DNA of 64,000 nucleotides from Octopus sinensis (GCF_006345805.1 NC_042999.1:52948001-53012000), one strand, 5' to 3'. Positions 36,575 to 49,603 are shown, counted from the first letter of the stretch. Notes: a model not told the origin generated them from the letters alone. A program made the numbers and translations.

Positions 36575-36785
36575 CATTATTATTATTATAATAATAATTA
36601 TTATTATTATTATTCAGTAGCCTTATTTTTATAGCGTGCTTTCACTTCACTACCGAGCGCAGCTCTGTGTGCCTTAGGTATGTGCTGTGATTTGTTGTGA
36701 TGGTTATTGTATGGAAAGTGTTCTGCGTAGGATCTTCTTCTTCTTCTTCTTCTTCTTCTTCTTCTCTTCTTCTTCTCTTCTTCTT

Positions 36786-36816
<31 letters not shown>

Positions 36817-36843
36817 TTATTATTATTATTCTTATTATTATTA

Positions 36844-36881
<38 letters not shown>

Positions 36882-36904
36882 TATTATATTATTATTATTA
36901 TCTA

Positions 36905-37640
36905 AGACGTCGCTCAATATCCAATATCGAGAGGTTATTGTTTGAAGATATTGTTTATACCGGGGATTTGTATTGTCTGTCAAGTCACAATGCGTAACTC
37001 AGACAGACAGTACTTTATGCAAAGGTTTCTAGATGTTAAAGGGAATATCGAGTCCTCCAGGAAAATTCCTTTGATATTGACTTTCCCTCCTCAGACTGTG
37101 TCACCTGAGTAGAGATCTACTTTCCATTTCTTCATGCTAAAACTAATTAATTCTCATATGTCGTCTGCTATACGGAATATATACGGATGGCTACTTTCAC
37201 TTAGCCATCAGCGCCGGATCATGTCATTGGTTTTCTGTCCATGGTCTGTCCATGGTATTGTTATATCGTTGTTCCTAGATTTTTCTTAATTTAGAACTGC
37301 TTTGTCTATGTATAATTGACCATGCGTTCTCTAGTCTTGCTATAATCTTTATGTTCTTCTGGCAGTAAAATTTGGTTGACTGGGTGCTCTTAAATGTTTT
37401 TTGAAAGCATTCCTGTTAACATATTCCACACTAATATTAAGCAAGTGAGTGGTCTATAGCTTCTAGCTGCATTACCCTTGCTTTAATCTTTTATAAGGTG
37501 TATTGTTCTCCCTCTAGTCATACAATCTTGTCTTATTCCTCAATTAAAGACATCCAGAAGTTATTCCTTCATCCTCCCATATAAAATACTAAATTTCTTT
37601 ATCTAGTACACTTGAAGTAAATCTGGTTCTGGGCCCTTCC
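36905..37640 (-). mobile_element. Degraded R4-like N-terminal fragment
   Basis: TNDMIRR.WLSE-like motif resembling the R4 N-terminus seen at 16.6 kb. Confidence 0.35.
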
Positions 37641-38953
37641 AATTCAGCATCAGTAGGTTAAATATTGCAGCCCATATTTGTCCCATGTACTTCTCAAGAT
37701 ATTTACCCAATGTTCCCAGGGCTTCCACAATCATTGGTACTGCTACCACCTTTTTCAGCGATCACAACTGCTTAAACACCCAAGGTAACCTGTCATATCT
37801 ATCAACTATTCTTTCTTCCTTATCGCATACCTGGTTGTCAGCTGGGCATGCTATATTTATGATCCAACATCGTTTGCTTCATTTCAATTAACACTATGTC
37901 TGATTTCCTACTCTCTATCTGATGGTCACACTAAATCATAACATCCCATAGGGTCTTTGCATTAAAATTTTCGATGATGACTTCGGGTTTGTGTTTGTAC
38001 CACTTTTTTTGCTATGTCAAGTACACACTTGTTGCAAAGTGTCCAATGGACAAGCCATGCTACATGACGTCTCTTATATTATTTCTGAGCCAATGGCGTA
38101 CATTGACTGGTAATATGCCATACGGTTTCACCATTTTGTCCACAAATTCTGCACTTATCACTTTCGACTGTGTTGTCTATTCTGTATTCGAAGTAATTGC
38201 TTCTTAATGCTTGCTCTTGGGCATCACAAATTAGAGCCTCCGTTTCTGGTTTTAAATAAATTTTGGTCATCCATAGACATCTTTTATCTCTGTCGATCTT
38301 ATCTTCAACATCCTTATGGAATTGTCCATGCATTCTTTTCTTTATCCACCTATTTTTACTTTCAATCATTTGTATGTGTTTGTACAGTTTTTTATCTTCG
38401 CAGTCGTTCGTTCTACACAAGCCTCACCTTCTTACTTCCAATAATATTGGTTCTGTGACATTTTTATATACCATGCTATTTTGTTTTCTTCTGCTCTAAT
38501 GTTGTGTTCGCATCCAATCAGTCGTCTTCCCATCTTTTTTCTTGGTATATATAGTCTATCTGTGTCACTTTTGGGGTGGAGTATCCCATATCTAGTCAGC
38601 AACTTTCTTGTCTTTCTGTCTAAGCTGTTTAGTTCGTTTACACTCCATGCGATTATGCCTGCTCCATATCTAAGGTGAGAAACCGGCCAGGTGTTGATAA
38701 CTTCAATCAACGTAAGTATCATTCTAAGTCTGCGCAAGAACTCCACCTTAAACTTTTCTGTCGTTTCTTTTTCCATCAATTTATCCATTTCCAATATCCC
38801 CAAGTACTTATAGTCCGTCTCTTCTATCTGCTTCATAACCTGTCCCGACGGTATCGCTAGCCCGTCCATACATTCGATTTTTCCTCTCTTCAAGACTAAT
38901 ACACTACACTATTTCAGTCCGAACTCCATTCTGATATCAGCACCGATATCTGA

Positions 38954-38955
<2 letters not shown>
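37640..38955 (-). mobile_element. R4/Dong-type LINE, 5'-truncated (RT end, CCHC, RLE)
   Basis: DIRMEFGLK; YKYLGILE; HPKSDTDRLY; AQEQALRSN; CRICGQNGETVWHITSQC (CCHC); RLE DIVLIE..ACPAD; 5' end fused to (TAA)n. Confidence 0.92.
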
Positions 38956-39372
<417 letters not shown>

Positions 39373-39381
39373 TCTGAGTTA

Positions 39382-39449
<68 letters not shown>

Positions 39450-39451
<2 letters not shown>

Positions 39452-40681
39452 TAGTTTTATTTTTATAGCGTGCTTTCGCTTCACTACCGAGCACAGCTCT
39501 GTGTGCCTTGGGTATGTGCTGTGATTTGTTGTGATGCTCTGTTGGTTATTGTATGGAAAGTGTTCTGCGTAGGATGTGTGCAGTGCCTAGTAGTGCAATT
39601 TTCTGTATGTTATATGTGTTTGTAAGTCCTGGTGTTTTTGTTATGTATTTGTCTGAATATTTTTTTATCATGCCTAATGCACCTACTATGATAGGAATTG
39701 TTTCTGTGTTCAGATTCCACATTCTAGTTACCTCTATTTCCAGGTCTTTGTATTTTGAGAGTTTCTCCATTTCTTTTAGAGACACGTTGTCATCAGCCGG
39801 TATTGATACATCAATAGAAAGCATTTTTTTTCTTCATGATCTCTGACAACTATATCTGGTCTGTTGGCCTTAATTTCTCTATCTGTGAGTATCGGCATAT
39901 CCCAGAGTATGGTTGCTTTCTCGTTTTCTGTGACCTTTTCTGGTGTGTGCCTATACCATCTTTTTTCTGTTATTATTCCATAATGTTGGCATAGCTTCCA
40001 ATGTATGTAGGTTCCAACTCTGTCATGTCTGTGAATATATTCCTTCTTAGCCAAGACTGGGCAGCTAGAGATAATATGATTTATTGTTTCTTGTCCATCT
40101 TTACATATTCTGCAGTTACTTGTAATATTTCTTTTCATTACATGTTTTTAGTAATTTCTGGTGGGGAGGCTTTGGTCTTGTGCTGCAATTAAAAATCCCT
40201 CTGTTTCTGCTTTGAGTCCTGAGCTTCTCAACCATTGCTGGGATTTTTCTTTGTCTATTTCTTTTGCGTTTAGTTTAGTCCAGTATTTACCATGAAGGGG
40301 CTTTTCTTGCCATCGTTTTATCATGGTTCGTTGCTGTTCTATTTTTAGTTTGGATTTCATTTGTTTTATAGCTTTTGTTGTTTCTTCATCTTCTTCTTCT
40401 TCTTCATGTTTATTAGGTGGTATGATTTCTTGTTTGTATTTGTCAGCTTCCTTAAATACTGAGAACAGTTTTTTGTTTTGCTCGTGTTTTGCCGCTATCT
40501 GGATCGGTTTTCCTTCCTTCTGAAGTAGATATTTTTGCAGTCCTATGGTGGTTATTTTATAGTAGTTTTCCAGCTGTATAAGGCCTCTACCACCTTCTAT
40601 ACGTTGTATATATAGTCTTTCTATGTCAGATTTTGGGTGATGCATCCTAGATCCTGTCATTATTTTTCTTGTTTTCCTATC

Positions 40682-40683
<2 letters not shown>
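39450..40683 (-). mobile_element. R4/Dong-type LINE, 5'-truncated
   Basis: HHPKSDIERLY; AAQDQSLPTRNY; CRICKDGQETINHIISSC; NRPDIVVRD; IDVSIPAD..EKLSKYKDL; IPIIVGALG; KIALLGTAHILRRTLSIQ*; (TAA)n on both sides. Confidence 0.95.
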
Positions 40684-40724
<41 letters not shown>

Positions 40725-40869
40725 GTAGGATTCATTTGATTCAAGGTTTTTCAATATTATGGACACCAAATTAGGGTCGAGAAGAGCCTGTCCCTGCCTG
40801 TAATAAACGCAGACATTGCCACATTTATCAATACAAACACGGACGTATTCATACATTTACATATACTTA

Positions 40870-41270
40870 TCTTGGCACTTCGTCGGTTACGACGCCGAGG
40901 ATTCCAGTTGATCCAAACAATTGCACAGCCTGCTCGTGAAATTAACGTGCAAATGGCTCGTGAAAGTAACGTACATGCTCGTGAAATTAACGTACACAGA
41001 CACGTGTACCCTTAACGTAGTTCTTGGGGAGATTCAGCGTGACACAGAGTGTGACAAGGCTGGCCCTTTGAAATACAGGCAGAACGGAAACAGGAAGAAA
41101 AAGTAAGAGAAAAAGTACAGCATGGTTCGCCACCACCCGCTGCCGGAGCCTCGTGGAGCTTTTGGTTATTTTGCTCAGTAAACTTTCACAACGCCCGGTC
41201 TTGGGATCGAAAGTGCGATCCTACGACCGCGAGTCTGCTGCCTTAACCATTGTGCCATTGCGCCTCCACT
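40870..41270 (-). mobile_element. SINE family C variant
   Basis: Minus GGAGGCGCAATGGC..GGTTAAGGCAGCAGACTCGCGGTCGTAGGATCG head; GCTCCACGAGGCTCCGGCAG. Confidence 0.8.
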
Positions 41271-41404
41271 CATACACTTGTACATGAGCGCATCAATATA
41301 TATGTAACATATGAACGCGCATCAACTGTCATTTATTTTTTTACTAATTCATTCAAATTCATCCAAAGTTTTTCTTTTAAATAATTTCAGTACGTTTATT
41401 GATC

Positions 41405-41733
41405 AATGGCTCAGTGGTTAGAGCGTCGAGCTTACGATCGTGAGGTTGTGAGTTCGAATCCCGGACCGGGCTGCGTGTTGTGTTCTCGAGCAAGGCACTT
41501 TATTTCACGTTGCTCCAGTTCACTCAGCTGTAGAAATGAGTTGCGACGTCACTGGTGCCAAACTGTATCGACCTTTGTCTTTCCCTTGGATAACACTGGT
41601 GGCGTGGAGAGGGGAGGCTGGCATACATGGGCGACTGCTGGCCTTCCATAAACAACCTTGCCCGGACTTGTGTCTAGGAGGGTAACTTTCTAGGTGCAAT
41701 CCCATGGTCATTCATGACCGAAGGGGGTCTTTT
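41405..41733 (+). mobile_element. SINE family D, full length
   Basis: A and B boxes plus body identical in layout to 8093-8385; tail GACCGAAGGGGGTCTT. Confidence 0.92.
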
Positions 41734-42114
41734 TTGATCAAATTTATTATGAACTTGACAGGCTAGAGTTAAAAATATATAGCCTACTGTCACGCGCGAA
41801 GTCTTATATGGTCGTTATTATTTCACAGAGGACCCTTTCCCATTTTTTTCATATTATGTAGAGTCGTTACGTAATTATAAAATTGTCTCAGAAGACACGG
41901 AAACATAAGGAACTACCAACGTCTCATCAATAGATTGTATTGATTTTGCTTACAAACCAACACGCACACATGCTTATATGCACAAGTAGAACCACACATA
42001 AGATGGACACACTGACACACATACACAAAGAAATATATATATAGACATGTATAAGCATACATACATGCCCGCGCACACACACACACATGTGTGTGTATAT
42101 GTATATGTATATCT

Positions 42115-42280
42115 CTTTCTCTTTTACTCTTTTACTTATTTCAGTCATTTGACTGCGGCCATGCTGGAGCAACGCCTTTAGTCGAGCAAATCGACCCCGG
42201 GACTTATTCTTTGTAAGCCCAGTACTTATTCTATCAGTCTCTTTTGCCGAACCGCTAAGTGACGGGGGCGTAAACACATC
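42115..42280 (-). mobile_element. SINE family A tail
   Basis: TTTCAGTCATTTGACTGCGGCCATGCTGGAGC..CCGAACCGCTAAG. Confidence 0.88.
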
Positions 42281-42351
42281 TATTCATTTATATGTATATA
42301 TGTGTATCTCTTTCCCCCTCTCTCTCTCTCTCTATATATATATATATGTTG

Positions 42352-42382
<31 letters not shown>

Positions 42383-43555
42383 AAGTGACAGGGAAAGTAA
42401 AAGAGAGGGAGGGAGAGAGTGATACAGTGGATGAAGAAATATGTTTTCAGCTTTTGAAGGTAAAGGAAATTTTGAAACCTTAAAAATGTATTTTTTTTAT
42501 AAACAACGTATACTTTAGTAGATTGTTTTTGTAATATCGCGTGAGTTACTTCCACTGTGTGTTAAAATGAAACACAGTTTAACAGTTTCAACTTTAGCAC
42601 ATCCACTGCCTGTATTCAAACTTTTTACGACGGTATGAGTTCAAACTTGGATAATTTCGTTTAGTTATATTTTGATACCCAAACGACCCGTTACCTTTGC
42701 TTTTACGTCACCAATATTCTTCTTCGATATTTCGCTAATATTTTTTTGAAGAGGGCACACACAAGCATGGATGCTATACACAAAGGAACATTCACGCACG
42801 CAGACCTATTTTAAAGTTTGCCCTCAGCTATTCTCTTAACAGACGAAATAGCAAATTATTCACAACGTAATTACGACACACACGCATTCATCCTTCCAAA
42901 TCTGCACCGACCTCCTGTAGTACAGCCCTTTGAAGTTCACTGTCATCTTTATACATACATCACGGACAGGCGAACAGACAAATGTACATGCACGTGCAGG
43001 AACACAAGCATATCATACACACGTACACAAACGCACACACATACACCCACATACACCCACTCCAACACCCACACATACACGCACAGAAATACACACCCGC
43101 AAAATGTACGTGCACACACGTCAATTCCGTACACTTTGTGGCAAACTTCAACTGATACAAAGAAATATATTGATTTCTGACGCGGGCTGGGGGTGACACA
43201 CGTCTTGGATGGGTGTGGTGAAATAAGTACATTAACGTGTTACTAACTGTCTCCAGGTAAAAAATCTGTTAAACAGCTGTTGGATTCGGACCGGTAAATT
43301 TCAGGTTTAGGTTTCCCAAGTGATTATCGAAGAATATCCCTTCATTATTCTGTTAATGTTAATATTTATTAATACTAATTAACCAGACTTAAACAGCGTA
43401 ATTATTAGGATTCAAGGCAGCATGAAGTAGTCACATGGATATATTGATCTTTCGAATTCCCGAAATACGTGCCACGTTACAGGCACATGTACACTGCTCA
43501 TGCACGTACACACACACACACACACACATGTATATATGCACACACACGTATATAC

Positions 43556-43626
<71 letters not shown>

Positions 43627-43932
43627 CTATATATACATTCATACCTAATCAAGCAGCCACAGGAGCAAACCTCACACACACGCATGCTAGTATTGCATTA
43701 AATAGGTTCTTTAACGTTGTCAACGAAATAGAAACACTTGCACGGTTACGCACATGTTTCCGCACTTTTATGAAACGCATATCGATATAGTCATGTGGCC
43801 TCTTCAGATGCCACATCTGCTAAGAAATGTGCGTGGTATCACTCTATAGATGCAGTTGTCTACTAGATTCTTCAGAGCCGTTAAGCGCAAGAGTTCTACA
43901 TCCACCTACACAATCACACACACACATACACA

Positions 43933-44012
<80 letters not shown>

Positions 44013-44489
44013 TAAATAATCTTATGTATTGGCTTAGGTTTTTCATTGTATGATTTGCCTAATAGTGGTTTTATCTCTAATTTAATATAATATATATATA
44101 TATATATGTATATTTTTCCCGTCTTATCAGATTATACATATATATATACATATATGTATATACATTCATAAATATATATTCACACACATTCATATATGTG
44201 TGTGTGTGTGCGCGTGTGTGTTCGCACGCACGTTGCTCCACATATGTAGAGCACACTGTCTTCTCTGCGACGTGTAACTCCGCCTTCCGATCTTTTGTAT
44301 TCTTACAAAATCGCATTTGTTTTCATTTAAGACTTTTTTTTTTTCTCTTTCCGTCGGCAAAAAAAACCTTCGTAACAACCTGAACGACGACGGCAAAAAT
44401 ATTTCAAGAGACAACCGCAGCAAATCAGACCTTCCCACCCACACACGATTTTCCCCCCACCCCACTATGCGACTAAATAAGTAAATCAA

Positions 44490-45020
44490 TAAATAGGAGC
44501 AGCCGTTATAAGAAATTGCTTTTCAACCATATGGTTGCAGGTTCAGTCCCATTGCATGGCGATTTTGGCAACTACTTCCCACATTAGCTTTCGGCCGACC
44601 AAAGACTTATTTACTCATTTACTCATTTACTTGTTTCAGTCATCTGACTGTGGTTGGTCATGCTGGAGCACCGCTTTTAGTCGAGGAAATCGACCCCAGG
44701 ACTTATTCTTTGTAAGCCTAGTACTTATTCTAACGGTCTCTTTTGCCGAACCGCTAAGTTTCGGGGACGTAAACACACCAGCATCGGTTGTCAAGCGATG
44801 TCGGGGGGGGGGACAAACACAACACACAAACATACACATATATATATACATATATACGACGGGCTTCTTTCAGTTTCCGTCTACCAAATCCACTCACAAG
44901 ACTTTGGTCGGCCAGAGGCTATAGTAGAAGACACTTGCCCAAGGTGCCACGCAGTGGGACTGAACCCGGAACCATGTGCTTCGTAAGCAAGCTACTTACC
45001 ACAGAGCCACTCCTACGCCT
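44490..45020 (-). mobile_element. SINE family A full copy (-, 44625-45020) joined to a (+) head fragment (44490-44610)
   Basis: Family A head, body and tail motifs in opposite orientations. Confidence 0.88.
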
Positions 45021-46224
45021 ATGAATAGATTTGGTAAACAGAAACTGAAAGAATCCCGTCATACATGTGTGTGTGTATGTATGTGCTTGTGTATGTGTGC
45101 GTGAATAATCACCCTTAAAAAAAAAACATTCAACCATTTTCTCTCAAAAGAAAAAGAAACTAAGAAAAATATTTTTAACAATAGCCAATGACGCACACAC
45201 ATGCAGATGTCTAAACTACGAATAAACAGCTTCCCATTGTATTGAAAAGACGTTCTGAAAGTTAAACACTTGGACCCACTCCAAACCTTTGCAGACAAAA
45301 CATTTATAAGAGACAACTAAAGTGAAACTTCATTAAGATCTCAAATTTAGGTACAAACTATTAAACTCCACAAAATATGTTTTTTTCCTCTCTCTCTGAC
45401 TCCCCTTAAAACTCTTTCTAATATTTCTAATATTTGATAAGGCGGATAAATTCTAAACCTGTTATATTTTTATATTTTATTAAACATTCTCTAAAATATT
45501 CTACAGTGCCTTTTCCAATATAACTTGCTTTATTTAACAATAATCTTTTGTTTGTAAGAACTTCTAACCATTTCTCATATGTGTGTGTGTATGCGTTTGT
45601 GTAAGAATTTTGATGCAATAAAACAAAATGAAGTGTTTATTATAAGGCGCTGCAATTGTTTCAGCATATTAGTATCTGCCGGCAATTGCTTTACTGTACA
45701 GGTTATTGCCTTGATATGATCCAACTGCAGCTGTATATTTTGAAAACACTCTAGACGGTTATTACGCAGATAATATTAAATATGTGTGTGTGTGCGTATG
45801 TGTTTGTCCCCCACCACTCAGTGAGGGTGTGTCTATGTCCCTCGTAAGCAAAAGTGAACGAAAGAGTAAGTTGTAAACTTAGAATGGATACTAGGGTCGG
45901 ATCATTCAACTAAGTGCCCCAGCATGGCCGCCGTCTAGAGACTGAAACAAGTCAAAGATAAGAGATACAAGTTACAAGAAATTAAAATTTATAAAACAAA
46001 AGAGAAAAAGACAAAAGGCAACGTGTGTTGATAGCTAAGTAGAAAGAGATGCGAGATATTAAGACATACTGAAGTTGTAGTGTTGACCCCAGAACGAAGT
46101 CCTTGGTTAGTAATAGTGACTAAAGCAAAATATTTGAGTCGATACGTTTTTAATTAAATATATCGCACATTAGTTCTTAGAAAGGATAACTCTCCATCAG
46201 ATATGTATTTGAAATATATATCAC

Positions 46225-46548
46225 ATGCCGGTGGTACGTAAAAGGGCACCATTCGAGCGTGATCGTTACCAACGTCACCTTACTAGCACCTGTGCTGGTG
46301 GCATGTGTAAAAAGATTCGAGCGAGGTCGTTGCCAGTACCGCCTGACTGGCCCCGTGCCAGTGGCACGTAAAAAGCACCCACTACACTCTCGGAGTGGTT
46401 GGCGTTAGGAATGGCATCCAGCTGTAGAAACTCTGCCAAATCAAGGTTGGAGCCTGGTGCAGCCATCTGGTCTGCCAGCTCTCAGTCAAAATCGTCCAAC
46501 CCATGCTAGCATGGAAAGCGAACGTTAAACGATGATAATGATGATGAT
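46225..46548 (+). mobile_element. RTE-related SINE with internal tandem subrepeats
   Basis: Three GTGC(C/T)(G/A)GTGG(C/T)A(C/T)GT..AAAA units, then GGAGTGGTTGGCGTTAGGAA.GGCATCCAGCTGTAGAAA and a (GAT)n tail. Confidence 0.8.
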
Positions 46549-46790
46549 AACAACGAAAATATATCACGAAATATGAAATACACCGTATTTCATAGTATTA
46601 AAGTCGATCCAACATATTAGACGCATCCCATTTTCAGCAGCTTATAACTAGGAAAAAACGTCCCTGCTGCGTTAACGTAGCAACTTTGCATATGGCACCC
46701 AGGGTGATATTTTGAGACAAGGTTTTGAAAGAAACATGTATGACTCATATCCCGTCAAATAAGGTAAGTTATGTAATGCCTGCAGTTTGG

Positions 46791-46869
46791 GGCATTGCAT
46801 CAGACTTGCATCACAAGTGTGTTGTCACAATGCAACAGCACACCTCTGCTGCAAGTCTGATAAAATGCC
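46791..46869. other. 79-nt imperfect hairpin
   Basis: GGCATTGCATCAGACTTGCA pairs with TGCAAGTCTGATAAAATGCC; inner arm partly paired. Confidence 0.7.
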
Positions 46870-47174
46870 TCTCAAATATCTAAAACCGCAAACATTACGT
46901 AAATTTTCACTTCGAAATTTTGCGTAAACTAGCATTAGAATAAATTATGACGAATCATTAAGGATGTGTTAAAAAATTTTCTTTGTCTTCTTATATGGAT
47001 TATTTACTATTCGCCAAACTCATTTTAAGGTGGAATCGTCGTGAAATTTGGATTTTCTACACATTAATAATTCCGACTTTAGCATGGAACCCGACAGTGT
47101 TGGAAGCCCAGTATTCGGGTTGAGTGATTCTCAGGAAATAACCTAACTTTACACTCTACCTGATCTTATATATT

Positions 47175-48031
47175 CAGGGTGCGGTGAATGAATTGTATTC
47201 TAAATCACGCGAAAATGAAAATAACACTGGCATCTCATTTTTAAAGATATATTTACTAAAATTGCATAAAAATATTTTGAAATACTAAAGAATAACTCTA
47301 TTCAATAAAATCGCCATTTGCTCCAACCATGGCCTCAAGACAACTTCGGAATCTCCTGCAACCCGTCCGGACGATTTCCTGGTTTGAGTTGGTGAATGCT
47401 GACATAATCTTGTCTTCAGTTCATGTTTGGTATTACAAGGAGTTTTATTGGTCTCTCGCTCAACTGCGCCCCACACATAATAATGAAGGGGACTGCTGTT
47501 TAGGGAGTTAGGTGGCCAGATGTTAGGGATGATGTGGTCGAATAAATTGTCTGACAGCTATGACTGGATTCTTCTGCTTGTGTGGCTCGGTGCAGAGCTT
47601 GTTGTCAGACATAGAGTCTTCCAGCAACCACGCTCTTCACCCAGGGCAGCACTACCACCTCTAGGCACTTGATGTAGGACTCCATGTGGAGTCTGAGATC
47701 GAGTGGGAAGATGAATAGAGGCATAACTTCACCAACACTGGCGATTACCTCAACTACCATCGTGTTGACTGTATGCTTCATCTTATCCCCCTTGGTACAT
47801 GTTTTGGGGGCTCAGATTGACATCCATCACTCTGAAATATTCGCATTGGAGATTCCGGGGTGAATGCCAAGTTGTACAGCGTGTCATTCCCAAATTTTTG
47901 GAATAATGAATTTTGTTATGGTGCTGTTTTTGTCACAGACGGTGCCCGACTGACCCTACTATGCTGTGTAGATGACAAAATCAAAAGCAAACAATGCGCG
48001 AAATGACAAATATGAATTTACCTATCGCACG

Positions 48032-48034
<3 letters not shown>
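47175..48034 (-). mobile_element. Tc1/mariner (maT/DD37D-like) element, internally deleted, with both TIRs
   Basis: IWPPNS...PLHYYVWGAVERETNKTPCNTK; VMP.FIFP..RL..ESYIKCLEVVLP; TIR CAGGGTGCGGTGAATGAATTG versus minus CAGCGTGCGATAGGTAAATTC, next to TA. Confidence 0.85.
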
Positions 48035-48098
<64 letters not shown>

Positions 48099-48228
48099 TA
48101 TATATATAGATAGATATATATACCGGAGTAAGCACGTAATTGTGAAACAAGTTGTAAAAAAACAGTACTCAAATACCAGAGGTAGAGTAATATGCTTTCT
48201 TTAAAAGCAGCAGAAATATAACAAAAGT

Positions 48229-48264
48229 TGTTACACAGAGTTTCACATTCCCGTTCGTCGGACA
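48229..48264 (-). ncRNA. Hammerhead-like motif, C4 core variant
   Basis: TGT CCGACGA ACG ggaa TGT GAAA CTCTGTG TA / ACA. Confidence 0.55.
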
Positions 48265-48277
48265 CTATTGAACAAAA

Positions 48278-48315
48278 CTGTCCGGCGAATGGGAACGTGA
48301 AACTCTGAGTAACAG
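48278..48315 (+). ncRNA. Hammerhead-like motif, C4 core variant
   Basis: CTGT CCGGCGA ATG ggaa CGT GAAA CTC t GAG TA / ACAG. Confidence 0.55.
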
Positions 48316-48354
48316 CATTTGTTATATTTCTGCTGCTTTTAAAGAAAGTATATA

Positions 48355-48392
<38 letters not shown>

Positions 48393-48437
48393 ACACGCAC
48401 ACACTACACACACACGCACACACACACACACACATTA

Positions 48438-48482
<45 letters not shown>

Positions 48483-48702
48483 TATATATGTATATAATAT
48501 ATACATTCTTTCACATGGGTTTCATGTGAAAGGATTTTCATAATTCTTGAAGCGTGTCAAATACATGTGATAGTGCTCATCTCCAAGCAGCAAACACACA
48601 CACTCACAAGCACATATATATATATATTTATTACGTCGTCAAGTATGAAATTTGCAGAAAAGAAAAACGTTTGCTAATGTTTTATAAATACAAGGGATAG
48701 TT

Positions 48703-49548
48703 TTATTCATCAAACTATGCATCCACATTGGCAATACACTTTTTCCATTTCAGAAGGAGCTCTTCCAGTCCAAGATTGCAAAAGCCTGGCAATCTTGAGT
48801 CAATAAAATCTTGGGAGGCCTGTTTCACAGCATCGTCGGAATTAATTTTTTTTTCCTATCAAAAAGCTATCCAAATTCTGGCTTTTTTTTATGGAAATTT
48901 CTGCATCATTTGGATCAGTTGGCTGCAGTGTACTTCGGCCGAGATTGATAACCCTGGGTTATTGAAATCATAATGGATCACAAATGCGCCAGACCATCAA
49001 GCACACACAAGCAACTTCTTTCGATGAATTTTGATTTTTGTACTGTGTTTTGTTGGCTCGTCTTTCTCCAACCATCGTGCTTAACGTTTACATTTTTGTA
49101 TTAAATCTATTTTTCACCACATGCTTCAATGCGATTCAAAAATGATTCATTTTGTGACGAGAAAGTAACATAATGCTGGCTTCCAAACGTTGCTGTTCCT
49201 GATTTTCATTGAGTTCATGGGGAACCCACTTATCCAACTTTGAAATAGGTGAGTTAATATTGTTTGTTTGCTAAAACCAAACAACATCGATAATTCACAG
49301 GCACTTTGTAATGGATCTGACTCGACAGTGGCTTTCAGTTCGTTATTATCCACCTTTGTTTATGGTCGGCTGCGTTGTTCACTTATGAGGTTAAAGTTAC
49401 CAGAAAGAAACTTTGCAAACCCATTTGATACTGTCTGCTGTGTAATAACATTAGAATGAAATACTCCATTAATGTTCCGAGCTCTCTGTGATGCTGTATT
49501 TCCGAAAAAGAACTCATAGTTAAAAAAACTGTACGAATTTCTGACTTA

Positions 49549-49553
<5 letters not shown>
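48703..49553 (-). mobile_element. Mariner transposase relic with internal deletion
   Basis: MDKSEIRTVF.YEF..; VDNNELKATVESDP; W.PHELNE; HRI.....KW; C-terminal LKWKKCI..FDE*. Confidence 0.88.

Positions 49554-49603
<50 letters not shown>

Larger units (their letters stand above)
34441..36733. repeat. Tandem duplication, unit ~1165 bp, two copies
   Basis: 34441-35563 is nearly identical to 35604-36733 outside microsatellites; junctions lie in (CTT)n. Confidence 0.95.
48195..48348. repeat. 154-bp fold-back palindrome carrying a hammerhead-like motif in each arm
   Basis: CTTTCTTTAAAAGCAGCAGAAATATAACAAA.. is complementary to 48318-48348. Confidence 0.92.

Noticed and set aside
42860-42960. Short open frames on the minus strand (MTVNFKGLYYRR / DDSELQRAVLQEV)
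   Set aside because: No convincing splice sites or homology that I can recognise.
46225-46385. CRISPR-like repeat-spacer appearance
   Set aside because: Only three degenerate units, inside a eukaryotic SINE, with no cas genes.
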